64,000 nt of DNA, from NCBI GenBank assembly GCA_902627805.1, contig CACOKN010000004.1, positions 5,399 through 69,398 on the forward strand, read 5' to 3'. This stretch comes from an uncultured Pelagibacteraceae bacterium. GTDB taxonomy: Bacteria; Pseudomonadota; Alphaproteobacteria; Pelagibacterales; Pelagibacteraceae. Below, piece by piece: positions 62,710 through 64,000 of this stretch (position 1 is the stretch's first letter; every line of letters starts with the position of its first letter). The translations under genes were made by a program, and so were the position numbers. The notes below the pieces were generated by a model. That model made no database searches and was not told where the DNA came from. It saw nothing but the letters and a program-made list of their open reading frames with translations.

Positions 62710-63556
62710 AATTTTATTAACAGGATCTTCAGGTTTTATTGGTTTGAATATCTTGGAAAATTTATCAAAAAAAAATAAAATTTTCGTTATTTTAAGAAAT
62801 AAATTATTAAAAAAAAATTTAAAAAATAAAAATATTAAAATAATAAAATTTAAAAATTATACGGCTCTTAGCTCACGACTCAAAAAGATCAAAGTTGATA
62901 TTGTTATACATTGTGCGACACATTACGTAAAAATCCATAAATTCTCAGATATTAAAAAGTTTTGTGATGCAAATATTTTATTAGGAAATGTAATTTTAGA
63001 AAATTTAGAAAATATGAGAGTTAAAAAGTTTATAAATTTTTCAACAATTTGGGAGAATGCAAATGGTAAAATTAATAATCCGAAAAATTTATATGCTGCC
63101 TATAAAAAAGGTTTTAGTTCAATACTGGAGTTTTATAAAAAAAAATTAGATTATGTTAAATTTTATGAGTTAATGATCTCTGATACATTTGGATTAAATG
63201 ATCAAAGAAAAAAAATAATTAATATCTTAAAAATTAATTATAAAAAAAAAAAAACTACAAAAATAGTTTCAAAAAATCTTCATATGAATTTACTTAATGT
63301 TTTAGATATTATTAAAGCTTTGAAATTTATTATGAATAACTCAATATCTCCTAAAAAATATTTGCTTAAGAATAATTCTGATATTAAAATTCTTGATATA
63401 ATTAAAATATTTAATAAACAAAATAAAAAACAATTAAAAGTAAAATGGCTTTCTAGTATTTATATAAAAGATAAAATTTATCCCTACGATAAACTAAAAG
63501 GTTGGAAACCAAATAATAGTAATATAAGAGACATTATTAATTACATTAAATTTTAA
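62702..63556 (+). CDS. NAD-dependent sugar epimerase/reductase (extended SDR)
   Basis: 284 aa. LTGSSGFIGLN Rossmann motif and YAAYKK (YxxxK). GTG start overlaps the rfbA stop. Confidence 0.6.
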   Translation: MYKILLTGSSGFIGLNILENLSKKNKIFVILRNKLLKKNLKNKNIKIIKFKNYTALSSRLKKIKVDIVIHCATHYVKIHKFSDIKKFCDANILLGNVILENLENMRVKKFINFSTIWENANGKINNPKNLYAAYKKGFSSILEFYKKKLDYVKFYELMISDTFGLNDQRKKIINILKINYKKKKTTKIVSKNLHMNLLNVLDIIKALKFIMNNSISPKKYLLKNNSDIKILDIIKIFNKQNKKQLKVKWLSSIYIKDKIYPYDKLKGWKPNNSNIRDIINYIKF

Positions 63557-63573
63557 CTAAAAAAATAAATAAT

Positions 63574-64000
63574 ATGGAAAAAGTTTATTATGGAAAGGCT
63601 GTTTATAATTACAAAGAAATAAATGCAGTAATCAAAGTTTTAAAAAATGACAGCCTTTCTTTAGTTGATGGAAAAAATGTAAAAAAATTAGAGAGAACTT
63701 TTTCAAAATTGTTTGGAAAAAAATATGGTTTGATGGTTAACTCTGGATCTTCAGCTAATTTATTAGGGTTATCCTCATTTAGTTTTAAAAAAGGTTCTGA
63801 AATTATTACACCAAATTTAACATTTTCGACAACAGTTGCTCCAATATATCAATTAGGCTTAATTCCTCATTTTATAGGAGTCGAAAAAAATAAATTTTTA
63901 GCTGATCCAAATCAAATAGAGAAATGCATTAACAAAAAAACTGTAGCAATAATGATACCTAACTTACTTGGCAATATCGCTGATTGGAAAAAAATTTCTA
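63574..64000 (+). CDS. DegT/DnrJ/EryC1/StrS-family sugar aminotransferase/dehydrase, N-terminal fragment (continues past the window)
   Basis: ATG 63574, open to the window end. Translation MEKVYYGKAVYNYKEINAVIKVL...LMVNSGSSANLLGL resembles RfbH/DegT N-termini. Confidence 0.65.
   Translation, partial: MEKVYYGKAVYNYKEINAVIKVLKNDSLSLVDGKNVKKLERTFSKLFGKKYGLMVNSGSSANLLGLSSFSFKKGSEIITPNLTFSTTVAPIYQLGLIPHFIGVEKNKFLADPNQIEKCINKKTVAIMIPNLLGNIADWKKIS

Noticed and set aside
59904-64000. Claiming horizontal transfer of the glycan cluster from lower GC content or Lys/Asn/Ile-rich proteins.
   Set aside because: Other clearly core genes here (thrB, ispE, blh, mutY, the MidA-like gene) are equally AT- and Lys/Asn/Ile-rich. 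I cannot compute GC or codon statistics reliably by eye, so no compositional claim is made.

Overview
The window is AT-rich (my visual estimate is about 30% GC) and extremely gene-dense. Many genes overlap or directly abut, and I saw no IS elements, prophage genes, CRISPR arrays or rRNA genes. Gene content and order point to a streamlined marine alphaproteobacterium of the SAR11/Pelagibacter type; this is an inference from the sequence, not a database hit. Supporting gene runs:
- SURF1-thrC
- ispH-thrB-rnhA
- crtI-crtB-crtY-blh (retinal pathway)
- atpI-B-E-F'-F
- mutY/DUF721-dsbA-smc
- ccrM
- petABC
- ychF-pth-rplY-prs
- uvrB, uvrC
- carAB
- yqeY-dnaG-rpoD

About 90% of the window is recognisable housekeeping coding sequence. 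There are two tRNAs: a canonical tRNA-Gln, and a tRNA-Val with a non-canonical elbow. I found no clear multi-gene novel system.

The parts that ordinary annotation does not explain:
1. An accessory insert at 2.1-5.3 kb holds four small secreted or membrane ORFs. Each is bracketed by a copy of a GC-rich motif of about 25 nt that I saw nowhere else among the intergenic spacers I read.
2. tRNA-Val(GAC) has four intact stems but altered D- and T-loops, and it sits at the edge of a surface-glycan cluster.
3. The SMC protein is 798 aa and has no hinge.
4. Cofactor ligands are lost in the DnaG zinc ribbon and in a family-4 UDG.
5. The conserved N-terminal third of a YfiH/PgeF gene has no canonical start codon.
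6. GANTC methylation sites are clustered inside the ccrM promoter.
7. An ADP-ribosylglycohydrolase-fold protein has Cys in place of its metal-binding Asp/Thr residues.

All function calls come from reading motifs in the supplied translations. No searches were run.
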